Shown piece by piece: positions 48,501 through 60,703 of a stretch of DNA of 64,000 bases. The translations under genes were made by a program, and so were the position numbers. The notes beneath the pieces are model-generated. The model was not told where the DNA came from and did not search any database. It saw only the letters and a list, made by a program, of their open reading frames with translations. Positions within the stretch are counted from its first letter, which is position 1, and every line of letters begins with the position of its first letter. This DNA is from Ramazzottius varieornatus. Taxonomy: Eukaryota; Animalia; Tardigrada. The stretch is taken from NCBI GenBank assembly GCA_001949185.1, contig BDGG01000009.1:795624-859623 (forward strand), written 5' to 3'.

Positions 48501-51500
48501 GTCGTCAGAAGCATGTATAGTCCTTCCGGCGAACACTATCTGAAAGAGCCGGAAGCACTAAAGGTATGAGTCTTTATAGCACGGGAACCTTTTTACGGAC
48601 ACCACAGATGCTACTTTTCGTAGGTCTTGCAACGAGTTATCAAAATGCTCCAGCAAACCGACTTGCAATCCCTGCTGGACTACACCACAAGTTTCATGCA
48701 GCAAAGCGAGGACACGCGAAAAGCGCAGGTTGCCGCTGCTCGCCTGTACGAACTGTTCGAAGCCTTGGACGAGATCAAGGTAGGAATGGAATAATGAAAC
48801 TCAAGACTTAGCCAAGTAGTTTATGGTCCTCGACCTTTCATTCACAAGTTTCTTCGTTAGACAGGGTACATCAGCAGACCGAAAGTTCTTAGGCTGCTGG
48901 AAAAGTTCTTTGAGGATGCCGCTCCTGAAATCAAACAGACGCTACATGACCCACGAAGATGTGAGTTACAAGTGTTCAAATTATGACTGATGAATCTAGA
49001 TTTCATTTTTTGCTAGTATCTCGGATAGAGGTGAGTTGTCGACAAATCACGAAGGCATCCTACCAGATCGTTTCTCCAAGTGGAGCACACTCTTACCCAA
49101 TAACAACGAAAACATGCGCCACTTGAAACGCAGACTTCTTAAGTGGCGCACGGACTCAGCTAATAACAATGAAAACGTGCGCCACTTCGAGAAAGCGATC
49201 TGGATGAATTCATTTGCAAACGCTCTAGGTTAATTATCATGTAGAACTTTAACAATATGGGAATTCTTATGAATGCTACAAGATGTTTGGCTATAGGGCC
49301 GATTACTTCCATTACGGAGCTGGCCGCTGAAAACCGCGAACCATTTTTGCCGTCTGGAAGTACGCCCACCATTTTCGACGTGGATGATTATCAGTCGTTG
49401 ATGAGCGATGCGGTGGACACGGAAGTGCCTATTCCGCAGGAGGTTATGACGCAATCGGAAGAACCTCCGACGCAACTCGACCATCCATTCCTTCAGCATA
49501 TCTTTAGAGATTATCCAGCATCAAACTCCAACGGTGTCGTTCAAGTTCCGGAAGACGACCACCCCGAAGCGGCAGCTATCGACGCGAAAAGATTGTGCGA
49601 GGCCGAGAACCGTAAGTTGAATTACTTGCTTCGCTAACATGGTCCACGTGTATAAGTGTTGTTACAGTTCCCAGCCAGGATTTAGCTTTGCTACAAAAGG
49701 TTTACGACAGCTACAAGAAACTTCGGTGCGGAAAGGACCTCTCAGTTATCAGTCGTCCCAAAAGTACGTATGTCCGTGTCTCAAACTAGTTTTCTCCCAT
49801 TCAAACGATTGCAGATGGATATCTTAACTGGTGCACGCGTTCAGTAAGTAATACTGAAACTGTGCGCCACTTGAGAAAATGGTGTTGAACGCTTCGTTTG
49901 TCGACCTCCCAGTTGTGGACTAGTTGATTTGCAGAAGTCTGGTCGGTGAATTCCGCGCCGTTCATGGAAACGGTACTAACAAAGCACCAATTCGCCGTTA
50001 TCATCACGAATTTCCTGGGAGGAAATATGGACGATAGCGTGTTGGAGCAACTGATGGAGTATTTACACTCCGCTTATCAGGAAACCAGCGACGAACTCAT
50101 TGCTCGACTTCGTCAGGTAGCATAAACGATTCTTTTGAAGATGTAATTTCAGAGTCAGACAAGAACGCTTCGTTTTTCATAGGAACAAATCTCGGCTCGT
50201 TCAACCAGAAGGAAGGAGGACCTCGAACATGCTTTCGACAGTATCGATGACTCCGCCAAAGGCTGTCTGGAGCATAGCCGGTTTCTCAAACTATGGCTGT
50301 TGACCACCCTTCCTGTGAAAGCTTGCGATGTCAAATACGGTACATTATGATATTCAATGGTACCTTTTGGATAGTATTTTGAATCTTCCGGGACTCTGAA
50401 GTACTGTTTGCAGTGCTCAAGATTTTCTGTTATGCTTCGGAAAACGTAACGGAAGCTTTCAGCAAAAAAGACTTTGTCGAGTTTTGCTTGGTTTTACTGG
50501 AAGTATACAACATTGACGTCGATGCTGGGTGTTGTCAGCTGAGAGAAGAACTCTGCAAATCTGTCCAGGTCAGTCACACCCTACAGCGGATTCCAGGGTC
50601 CTTACGCCATTTCGGTTTTTTTCAAGTGGCGCGCGCTGCAAGCATATCAAAGGAAATGTGCGCTACTTCGAAAACTCGACCAGATCGTTTCCCCAGTGGC
50701 GCACGTTTCCAGTGTTGTCGGCAGGTGCCGTGCGTCACATGTGAAAACGTTCTTGATGAATTTGTATGCCGAGCTTCCAGTACTAGTTTTCATACTTTTA
50801 GGCGGAACAAGTCGAGCAGACTCGAACGGTTCTTCGCAAGTCCTGGCTGACAAGCATAGCGAGGACAGTGGTGACCTGTGGGGGAGAAAGAAACAAGCTC
50901 TACGAAGAAGTGGTCTCCGTGCTGGAAAAGGTAACAACTGTTGTATTGTTTAAAGCAGATGAAAACATTGGCAAATTTTCGATAAATTTTCGGGGTGATC
51001 TCAGGACGCGAAGATACATTTTTCCAACAAGATCGTTACCGTCAGTATCGCCCTGCTAGAGAAGAACATATCCAACCCCTCGCAAGGCCTGCTTCAGTTG
51101 CGTTTCGTGGGTACTAGTTCTGCTGAGAAGAAGTTTCTCCTGCAGAAAGTTATATTCTCCGCGTCAAACGATATCGGGTAATGCATGTCTCGTTGGAGCT
51201 GCAGTAATGATTTTATATGATATCATTGTCCCAAGTATTTGATTCTTGTTTACTTTATAGGTTTGCCGCCATCAACTCGGGGAAAACGGAGTGCGTGGAC
51301 AAGGTCTCAGACTGCTTGCTCAGCTTGCCCATAAACGCGGATCGCCGTCAAGGTACCAACGGCTCCTTCGTATGCTATCCGTTGATGGATCAACGCGGTC
51401 GACTTCTTGGTGTTTTAAATTTGGATACTTTGGGGAACAGAACTACGATGGGCTTCTCGCCCGAAGAAACTGAGTTCCACGAAGTTAGTCGGGAGTTTAG

Positions 51501-54228
51501 TTTTTCTTCCAAATTTTACAGTTCACGAAAACGCTAAACATTGAGTTTGAGTGCGAAGGCTCTAAGACGACCGACACTGATGTGCCGTCCCACTGTGATA
51601 TGGGAGCTCGGCAAACAAACTCGATAAGATGGTTATTCTGGTTGGCGGACGCTTCCAGTCGGTAACACGGGGACTGTGCGCCACTTAGGAAAACAACCGA
51701 ACTCGACAAGATTGGTTTTCGCAAGTGGCGCTCGTTTTTAGTTTTATTGACTGGTAGCGTGCGTCACTCAAGATAGCACTGTTGAACGTGTAGTTCGCAG
51801 TTGTCCCATAATTGTGTTTTTCGAGTAATATGGGTATCTTTCGTAGAGTGTTCTGAGGGCCTATTGCAAAGGTTTCCTCCAGCTGGACCTTCGTCGAAGG
51901 ACAGCGGAAGCTCTTACGGTGGGGCTGCCGTGGTTTGGCAAACGCTTGCCCCTCATTGTGGACGTCCAGCTTTACTTTGTGGAGCCAGACGAAGAGCAGG
52001 AAAGTCCGTGCCTTCGTAAGGTTGCCTCTTCGATGGGCACTGGCGCGACCATCGTCCACCCGCGTCCACCGGCTTGCCGCAAAACGGATCCTGGGTTCAA
52101 TCAACGCCTTGTCACTTGCACTGTGACGGCTGAAAGTGTAAAAGAAAAAGTCCACAACGAAAAGTAAGAAGATGTTACTTGAGTTTTTAACTTTTGCTCC
52201 CAGCTTGTGAACTCTTTCTCCCTGTAGGCATTTGACCACCGCGATTCGAGACCCGGAAAATTTTTCCGCTGTCGTTCTGGACATAACGTAGGGCTGGGCG
52301 CCTGACTTTATCATATCAGGTTTTCTAACTCTGTTATGGGTATGCTATGCGTTGTAGGTTTGGACGAACCTGGCCAGAGGGGGAAGTGGAGAAGGACCTA
52401 GTGAATCTGCTGGCAGTTTGTCAGCAAACTTATGACGAGATGCACAAGGCCGAAGATCCTGAAGAACCTATCGCTAAACTGAGTATGCCTCGCGAATATT
52501 TCTGCCTTGCTTTGGGCGGAAGGCAAACCGTGCGAGTTCGGTACCCTAGATGGCGCACGCTTCCGGCCGGTGGCAATGGAAGCGCGCGTTACTTGAGACA
52601 AAGATACAGGTTGATTCTAATTGACTGAATGGATTTTGAGGTGCTGCAAAAAACCTTCCACTAATCTCTCCGCTTCTAAGCTTCACCTACGTATACTTTA
52701 AGCTGTTGAAATCATTCCCTAAAAAGTCCGTTGCGCCTGTACTCTTTGAAAAAACACGCACAAGAAAATTTCGACTACGAGGAAAACGAGCGCTGGTTTC
52801 AGAATCTTAAGTTGGCTCACTTCCGTCCGATCTCTCGCTACAAGCAGCTTTTTTAAAACATTTCGCTGGTGTAGTCCTGTTTGGATCACGTTCGTAAATA
52901 GTTATAAAATTGTTTCTTTTGATGTTTCGATTTTTGGTGAAAACTGAGTCCAATAAACGAGTTGTTAAGCAAAACATCCAAGCTATATTCTGTATTATTT
53001 TCGATTCCAGATTTTGCATAGAACAACTTGTGATCGAATCCTTCCTAAATATTAGCTCAAACAATTATGCGTCATAGAAAAATGATTTAGAATAAATTGA
53101 TGGTCTTGCACGTCAAGCAGAAATAATTCGCCCAAAAACGTCGTTTTTCCACCGGTAAAATGGGTGGTTTTCCGTGGATTGTACTAATCAAATGACCAAC
53201 CCACGCTCAAGAAATTTATACAACATATCAAGTTCTAAACGAGATCTATCGAACGAGCAGTAGCTTGACGATACCTGACCAGAAATAGCTGTACAACAAA
53301 TTTGTAAATTCCATTCAGTCAATTAGAATCAACCTATACCGTATTGTACGGTTCGTTTGCCGGCCTCCCATTCACTCTTGCGAATATTCGGCAAAAATTT
53401 TCAGTTATTCGAGAAATCTTTGTCGGTTTTCTTTTTACGCCGTTTTTTACTTTTGTGTCTTTCAGTTATCGAGAAGGAAATGCCGCATCTCCAGCACAGA
53501 TTTATATTCGGTCGGCTTCTGCTGACAGAGTGCCGGCAAATTTGTTCGCAGGTTCCTGCAACGATTTTAGCGGAAGTTCGGGCCATCTTCAAACCCACCA
53601 TGATCCACCTGAAGGTTCTCCGAGCCATATTGACCAGTCTGTACCCGGTGGAATCGGAAAAGGGTGACTTCGAAGACTGGAACAAGTGCAAGGACTGCGT
53701 GCGGCTGGAACTGCTGCGCCTGATATCAGAGTATGACCCGACATCGTTGCTGACCGAAACGACATACCAAACTATCTACAATGCACTCCACGGTATATAC
53801 TTCCGTTTGACTAACTACAGTTTGTGGGAGGGCGGCAAACGGAACGTGCAAGCTTGTTACCTCAAGTGGCGCACTTTTCGTTGTTTTTGGATAGAAACGT
53901 GCGCCACTTGGAAATAACGATCTTGTATGCTTGTTAGCTGTCCGGCAGATGTAGTATTTATAGTACTTCATATATATAGTTCATATTGTGGAGTTCTACA
54001 TAAAAATTTTTACATCTCGCTTCTGCTGTTCCAGATGTCGCTCTGATGAGCGAGACGGAAGCAACTAACGCCCAGCCAGTGTTCAAGTTCTTCCATCGCT
54101 GGTGTGTCGTATGCTTACATCTAATGACTTCCGCCGATGATGCTCGGAAAGGGACGTTTGCTAATGACTTCCAAGTCGTGTTCAAGCCATTAGTTAAAAA
54201 CGCACCTGAGACACATAGAAATCTGTAG
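45522..54228 (+). CDS. EFCAB5: EF-hand calcium-binding domain protein 5-like (large multi-exon gene)
   Basis: LIPLLYLGLEEVVRQ..FDPLELLGVYLLRHNP docking-like motif, EF-hand-like segments, GAF-like GRLLGVLNLDT, C-terminal EVRAIFKP..KVLRAIL..DWNKCK..YDPT..FHRWCVVCL. Confidence 0.72.
46033..46232. repeat. Fold-back element, 2 units, EFCAB5 intron
   Basis: CAAGCGGCGCAC..GTGCGCCACTTG; CAAGTGGCGCAC..GCGCGCTACTTG. Confidence 0.87.
46695..46883. repeat. Fold-back element, 2 units, EFCAB5 intron
   Basis: Near-consensus left arm GGGAGCTCGGCAAACAAACTCGACAAATTGTTTCTCCAAGTGGCGCAC-N25-GTGCGCCACTTGGAAAAACAATCTTG. Confidence 0.92.
51598..51811. repeat. Fold-back element, 2 units with both termini, EFCAB5 intron
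   Basis: ATATGGGAGCTCGGCAAACAAACTCG ... GTTGTCCCATAA. Confidence 0.9.
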
Positions 54229-54591
54229 AGCACTGGAAACTCGGGAATCGAAATCAACCAGAACGTTTTCCCAAGTCGTGCATGCTCCCGGCTACCGGCA
54301 CTGGAAGGGTGCGCCACTCGAGAAAACAATTAGGTCGAGTTTGCTTGCCGTGCTGCCGAACAGATATCCATGGAGACACGTACTGTACTGGTACACTCAC
54401 ATTTCGCGCAGTAAAATATTTTCGGACTACAGTTTCGGTACGCGACTGAGAAAGCCATACCCGGCCGAACCAAGGTAACGAGCAGGCGAAAACGTAATTT
54501 ACGTAAGTGAGCTATCAGAGCCGAATAAAACTCCAGCATTAATTTGTTACTTCTTTAAATTTCATTCAGATGAACTCTTCAGCGAGAAAAT

Positions 54592-56872
54592 ATGTCTTCC
54601 TCGCCACATTTGCAGCAGTCTTTTCTTGCGCATCTGCGTGAGAAGGTCGAGAGCGTCAGATCAGCCGTCTTCCGTACTTATCATGAATACCCGTATCACT
54701 GTATAGCTTACAGTTTATTCGTTCTGCGATACCTGGTTCCTTACGTTTACGACCTGTCGGTGATTGTTGCCCATTCGGTTGCATTTTCCGATCAGCCTTT
54801 GGTCCTGTACAGCATCTTGGCGGTCCTGCTTGCCGCCATTGCACGCGCTCGTCATAGAATCAAAGTTTTGTTTTGCCATCGTTCAGAGACCATATCACAT
54901 ATGGCACCACTTGAACGGAAGCGGAAGTCGTTTGAGCCTTTGCAAGTAACGAACACTTCGAACCAGGAAGTAGTCCAGCCGTTTGGATGCCAGGGTGTGA
55001 ACGAGCTCCAATGTGTCAGAAAGCAAAAGCTTTCCCCACCAGTCAAGCGTTCAGAGAGATCCTCCACCGTCGAGAAACAGTACGTCCTTCCAGGTACGTA
55101 TAAGATTCTCTGTACTTGAGCATGTTACTACAATAGGTAGCATTTATGGCAGCTCGGCAAACGAACTCCACAAGATGGTTTTCCCAAGCGGCGCACTTTT
55201 CCCAGCCAGGAACACTGAAACCGTGCCTCAATTGGTGAACAAGATTGACCAGATTTGTCTCACAAGTGGCGCACTTTCCCGGTGTTATTGGCTTGATGCG
55301 TGCGCCACTTGGAAAAGCGATCGCGTCGAGCTGGCTTGCCGAGCTCTCATATGGTCTTTTCACTCTTTTTGTGTCAGTTGGACTCTGATGGAATTTTTTT
55401 GACCTCGAAGACAAGTTATTCCCTTTGCCTCCGCCCCCACCGGTTCCTCCGAAGTCGACCAGTCTTCCAACGGCAAACACAAAGGATGATATAACGCCAA
55501 TCGTTACCGAGCCGAACTTGGGCGGGTATTTAAGTCGTGAGCTTGGTAAAGAGAACGAACCCGCTGTAGAGAACTGGAGTGTATTTGACGTCTCGTCAGG
55601 CCTCGCGACTGAACTGTTCCCAAAAAGAGGTAGGACTAGTTGTTTACTTGACCTGTTACTGTTCTGATGTACCTTCCGAATAATTGTTTGCATGCTTGTA
55701 GAAAGCGATATTTGTCTGATCGAGGGAGAGAAGGAAAACTCGCTGACTCAGTTCCCTCATCTGGTGCTCTCCTCTCCTAAATCAGCCTCCCAGCCTTACC
55801 GAACAAAAGCCTTCCAAGAGTGGGTAACCTTCGAGAACTCCAGGGAGAAACTGCCTGCCCACCTAGCAGGCGACCAGCTTGCATCCGACGAAGATTTTAC
55901 CCTGAGCGAGCAGTCATACAGTGTATCGACGGACTGTGAAACCGACGAAAAAGTCACGTACATTCACTTTCCGTCACCGGTACCCGGTTAGTTCTTAACG
56001 GGATACTTTTGTATTAAACAAGGTGCACAAAATTTGTTTTTTTCTGGCAACTCCTGCTCGCAGATTTTCCCTCTCCCAAAGAAAGGCGGATAAAAATCGA
56101 GCTTCCCAAAGATATTCCGTCCGAGACCAGTATAACAACTGAAATTACCTACATGAGTAAGCTGTCCAGTGCCCGCTGTGAAGGTACGAATGGGAAGCCC
56201 GGCAAACGTAACGTACGAGCTTCTCGCCTCAAGTGATGCGCGCTCCAGGCTTGTTACAATGAAAATGTGCGCCAGTTGAGATTGTTGTCTTAGGTGACGC
56301 ACGTTCTCAACTTATCGCAATAGATACATGCGCCACTCGAGTTAACCGTCTTGCGCGTTCCGTTTGCCGGCCTAGAAGTATGTTTCTTGCACTGTAAGAT
56401 TATATCCGGACTACGTTTACTTGGAAATGTTGCTTATGTGCCCATTAGAACCCGATTTCCCTCTGTCCTGCACGGAAGCTCCCGGATTATGTCAGTCATG
56501 GATAGGCTGTTTCAGCGTTCGCAAAGGTCTCCGGTGGAGAAAGTGCAACGTGGTTTTTGAAGACGATTATTTGGAAATCAGTGCGGCGTCGCTGAAGGTT
56601 GGTTATGTCATGAGTTTTTCTTTCGGAAGGCAAGTTTTGATTTTGTATGTATTTTGCAGGGTCATGAAAGAAGTCTGTTGCGCTACCCAGTGTCGAATTT
56701 CTCTGTCCGGACGAAGAATAACTTAAAATGCGGTCCCGGGCACGGCAGTATTTTAATACTATCTTCTCCTAATTTGCCGGAAATATCTCTCAGGGTGTTT
56801 GACAATAGCATCAAATGTGAGTTCCTCTGCTTTGTGGAAGACTTGATGCCACGACGCCGCATAAACTCCTGA
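54592..56872 (+). CDS. Uncharacterised protein: N-terminal hydrophobic segments, Pro-rich linker, C-terminal PH-like domain
   Basis: Exon-like ORFs with GT-AG boundaries; PPPPPVPPK; WIGCFSVRKGLRWRKCNVVFEDDYLEI..PEISLRV suggests a PH fold. Confidence 0.5.
55145..55352. repeat. Fold-back element, 2 units, intron of the PH-like gene
   Basis: TATGGCAGCTCGGCAAAC ... TTGCCGAGCTCTCATAT. Confidence 0.9.
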
Positions 56873-57194
56873 CGAGTAGAGCCCTTGTGGCTTTCTCGTT
56901 CAAGGTCCTCCGAGTCCATTTGTATACATTACCATATTGCAACATCCAGTGCGCAAATTTGATTTGACAATATAATCTGCTGTTGAAGTTGTTGCTTTCC
57001 GTCGTTGACAAGCTTGTGTACTTTCGGCTGTATCTTAATTACAAGTGAGTGAAGACCTTCGAGGACCGCCTAGCTACTGTGTTTTGGGACTCCGGAGGGT
57101 AGACCACATGTACGTGCCGCGCCGAAGACGGTTGCTGCTTCAATGCTGGTTTCTCTGCACGAGATTTCTGATCGTGTGTATTGCACAGTAGACA

Positions 57195-57788
57195 ATGGGA
57201 CCTCTAGGAAGAACCTTCACGATGGCGTTCATGTTTGTCATGTCCGTTCTGCTGTGTAGCGTTGCGCTCGCTCCATCTTCGACCATAAGGAGGAAGAGCG
57301 GCTTCGTCACCGAAACGGTTCACTGTCTACGAAGCTGAACGACGGTAAGCATCGAGACTCCAATAGGACTTCGGAGAATGATTCCTCAAATCGCTGCTTC
57401 CGGTGGCGCACATTTGTAGTTGTTATTGGCTGGGAGACTGCGCCACTTGGGAACACGATCTGCGTGAACTCATTTACCGACGCCCCAGATGAACTAGCTG
57501 ACACACAATAATTTCTTCCTTCTCAGCTTGTGTTACCGGTGAAAGAGTCCGAAGCGATGACTCGGGTTTTCTCTGGTGCACTTGTCGGCATGGACGGAAG
57601 GTTTGCGCAAAGATACAATGCAGCAAGATTGAAGTTCCGAATCCCTGCAAGCTCATTAGAGCGAGAGGTCACTGTTGTCCCAAAGTATTATGCGGTAAGC
57701 CGTGGACGGTACGATCATTCGTACGTATATTCTATCAGGATCTCTCAGCCCAAGCGACACGTTTTCTTTCCAGAAACCAGAAACCTGA
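57195..57788 (+). CDS. Small secreted VWC-domain protein, apparently frameshifted in exon 1 (possible pseudogene or sequence error)
   Basis: Exon approx 57527-57694 reads CVTGERV..WCTCRHGRKVCAKIQC..NPCKLIRARGHCCPKVLC; signal peptide MAFMFVMSVLLCSVALA lies upstream in a different frame. Confidence 0.6.
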
Positions 57789-60703
57789 CGACGTCTGTAT
57801 TCTACAGTTTGCCGCGGATTGTGCTGCCATCTAACATGTTTGAAACGCACACGGATCCCTAGCTCCTAACGGACTTCCGGGAATTCATTATATCCCGAAC
57901 GAACAAGAAAATTGAGTAATATTCTTACACCTACGCGGTATGAAATTTTTCGTTTTTAGAGTGTAAAGAAAAGTTCTGGGCTGGTTGGCAAGCGAAACGT
58001 ACAATACCTTCAACTCCAGAGCCGCACTTTCCCATTGTTATGACTGGAAGCGCGCGCCACTTGGAAAACGATCTTTCGTGTACGTAATGTTAAGGGAGGA
58101 GTCCGGAAACGACCGGGTTCTCGTGCGGAACCCAAGACGGAAATCGGGTACGTTAGTTCCCAGACACTATCTTCACGCCTCGAAGTAACACCCCGTATAG
58201 GCGTGCATTACATCACGCAAGTTCCCCGGAGAGGCTTCCTGGTGGCAGAGTGTCCGCTTGCGGTTCTCCGTAGATGACAACCCTGCGGGTGCGATCGTTT
58301 CTCTTGTTTTCATGGTCACGCCATGCAGTAAGCAGATCCTCGTTCCTGTCAATTTAGTTCTCTAGGGAGTATTCCAACCGTGCCACCCGATACCAGTCTA
58401 ATTATTTCCGGGCCTCATTTCCGGTATGCATATATTGTAAACACAAACTCTCCCGATACTGCAATCCGGTAATTACCTCGCTATATATTGCAAAAGACAC
58501 ACAATACAGAAAAAAATGTGTATCCCGTTAAAACACTGTATCCGTATCTTTTGTAACTTCTAACCGTGCGTGCTCCTGTTTGGTAACTCATGCTGGTTGC
58601 TCTGCGCTGGCCGTTTTTCATCAAGGAACATCATGAAGGTACGAGTGGGTGTCGGCGGCCCAATACCAACACAATGGACGCTTAGTTGAAATGTTCAGGA
58701 ATCGAGTTGAAGTTTTGGGACCTCAAGGGCGAATTTGAACTACTGATGCAGTCAGGTGTAACAGACATGGAGGAAAACGATGCTCGAGCTCACTCGACCG
58801 TCTGACCAGTGGTCAAGCGGCTACGTCAGAAAAATCTGACGAGGCTGGAAATGTTGAGTGAAAATATTATGACGTCACGGTGACATCATACAGCGTGAAA
58901 ATGCGGCTGCGTCTTTCCGGACGCAAAACACCTCAGATCGGGGTATTCCAGCTGGCAATCACCCTCAGAATTCTCGGGAAAATCATCCCAAAAGCGCGAA
59001 AATTTTTCCTAGACTTTGAACCACGCCGAGGTGCGGCAACTGCGGCACCTGATGTTCCTGAATATTGTCATCAACTTGATGTCACAAAAGGACAATTTGG
59101 AAGCAAAATCCATTGTGTTGGTACTTTAAAGTGCCAATCATGCGGGACAGGTTTGGATCCGGGTGCGTGTAAAAAGGCCGCGCGAATGGTGGGTGAAATA
59201 TCAAGTCAACGTGTGTGTCGATCAGCCGATCGCTACGACATGACACATAATAGCCAACACGGCGCGTACCGGGGGGATTCTTTACGCGGACCCGGACCAA
59301 TCTTGTCCCACTTCATTGGCACGTTAAAGTAGTGGGCCGCTGAAGCTTAAGTATCGTACTGTTGCGTCTGAACCTAGTACAAACTGCACCGAACCGTGCT
59401 TAGGCACTAGATTGCTTGCAGGCCACAGAGCGCCACAAACTCTTTCATGATGTTTTCCATACGTCGCCCAATACAGAGCAGTCTTTCTCCAGTATGAATT
59501 TTTCAATTCTAATTGCAATTACGATTAATCGGACTACTTCGGGCGGCAGCCATTTCAATCATCCGAGACTCAGCTCAGCTGAATTAGGAATTACAATTAA
59601 TCGGAATTCAACTCGCATCAGCAATTGAAATTATTTCAATTGCTGCGGTTCATGTTTTAGATCTGAATACTCCCGAAATATCGGGTTTCAAAGCAGTTAA
59701 GCCTATCGTTTCATAAGTGTGGAATGGATATTGGATGTTTAGCTCAAACCATGTTGTACAATAATTAAGGCGTCAAACACGGATGCGCTGATGGAAGCAG
59801 GTATTATAATGCTTCCTGAGGCCCCGTACGTACGTCATCATACACGAGAAAAATCCCTTAAGAGGTTGGTAGGGAAAAATACCGGGACCGGGGTTTACCT
59901 TCGCGCGTATTTATGCACCGCGCGTAATTCGCAAAACAAAACTGTAAACCGTAGTGCCACAACCCCATACGCATAGATGTTCGCCGAATCAAGCGCCAGA
60001 GATACCCAGAAACTCCGATACTTGGTATACCCACGTGTGTTTTACCGCGCTGCAGGGCGCAAATTCAATAATTTGAATAGCCACATTGTTTATTTTAATT
60101 ACCAATCATAATTCTTCCGCTTTCAGAATTCTACTACAGTTCTGATTAATAGTGAAATTGCCCAGCTTGGGATTCCCGATTTCAATTGTCATATTGGAAT
60201 TCAAAAACAGTCGTTTTCGGCCATTTTCAATTATGAATTGTAATGATCGGAGCAACACTGATACAGAGTTAGTGAACAACATCAGTATCGAAGGACCGGG
60301 AAAACACTCAGAGTCCACGAACCAGGTTGATACAGGAACCGGGAGAACGAACCGTGTGCCATGCTTACTGTACCGCCCACCATGGGTGATCAGTTTGCCT
60401 TGTTTAGGTAAGGCCTAGGCCCTAGGGACAAACACCTCCACGCAGCCGTTTCCACGACGTACGTACGTACAGTACATACTTAGGTATGCATGTCATGACG
60501 TCAGCGTCATCGCTTCCCCGTCCGGCTTGCTTCAGTTGACACTGCGCTGCGGCGCGCAGCCGGAGTGAGGGGAAATGGAAACGCCAGCGGTCCATTCTCC
60601 TTTCATTCCTTTTGTGTTGCGGTGATGAGATTCTGCTCTATGATCGTCTTATGAGGGAGAAAAGGAGCCCGACACTGCCCTGAGCTACGGTTTGATCTGC
60701 GGT

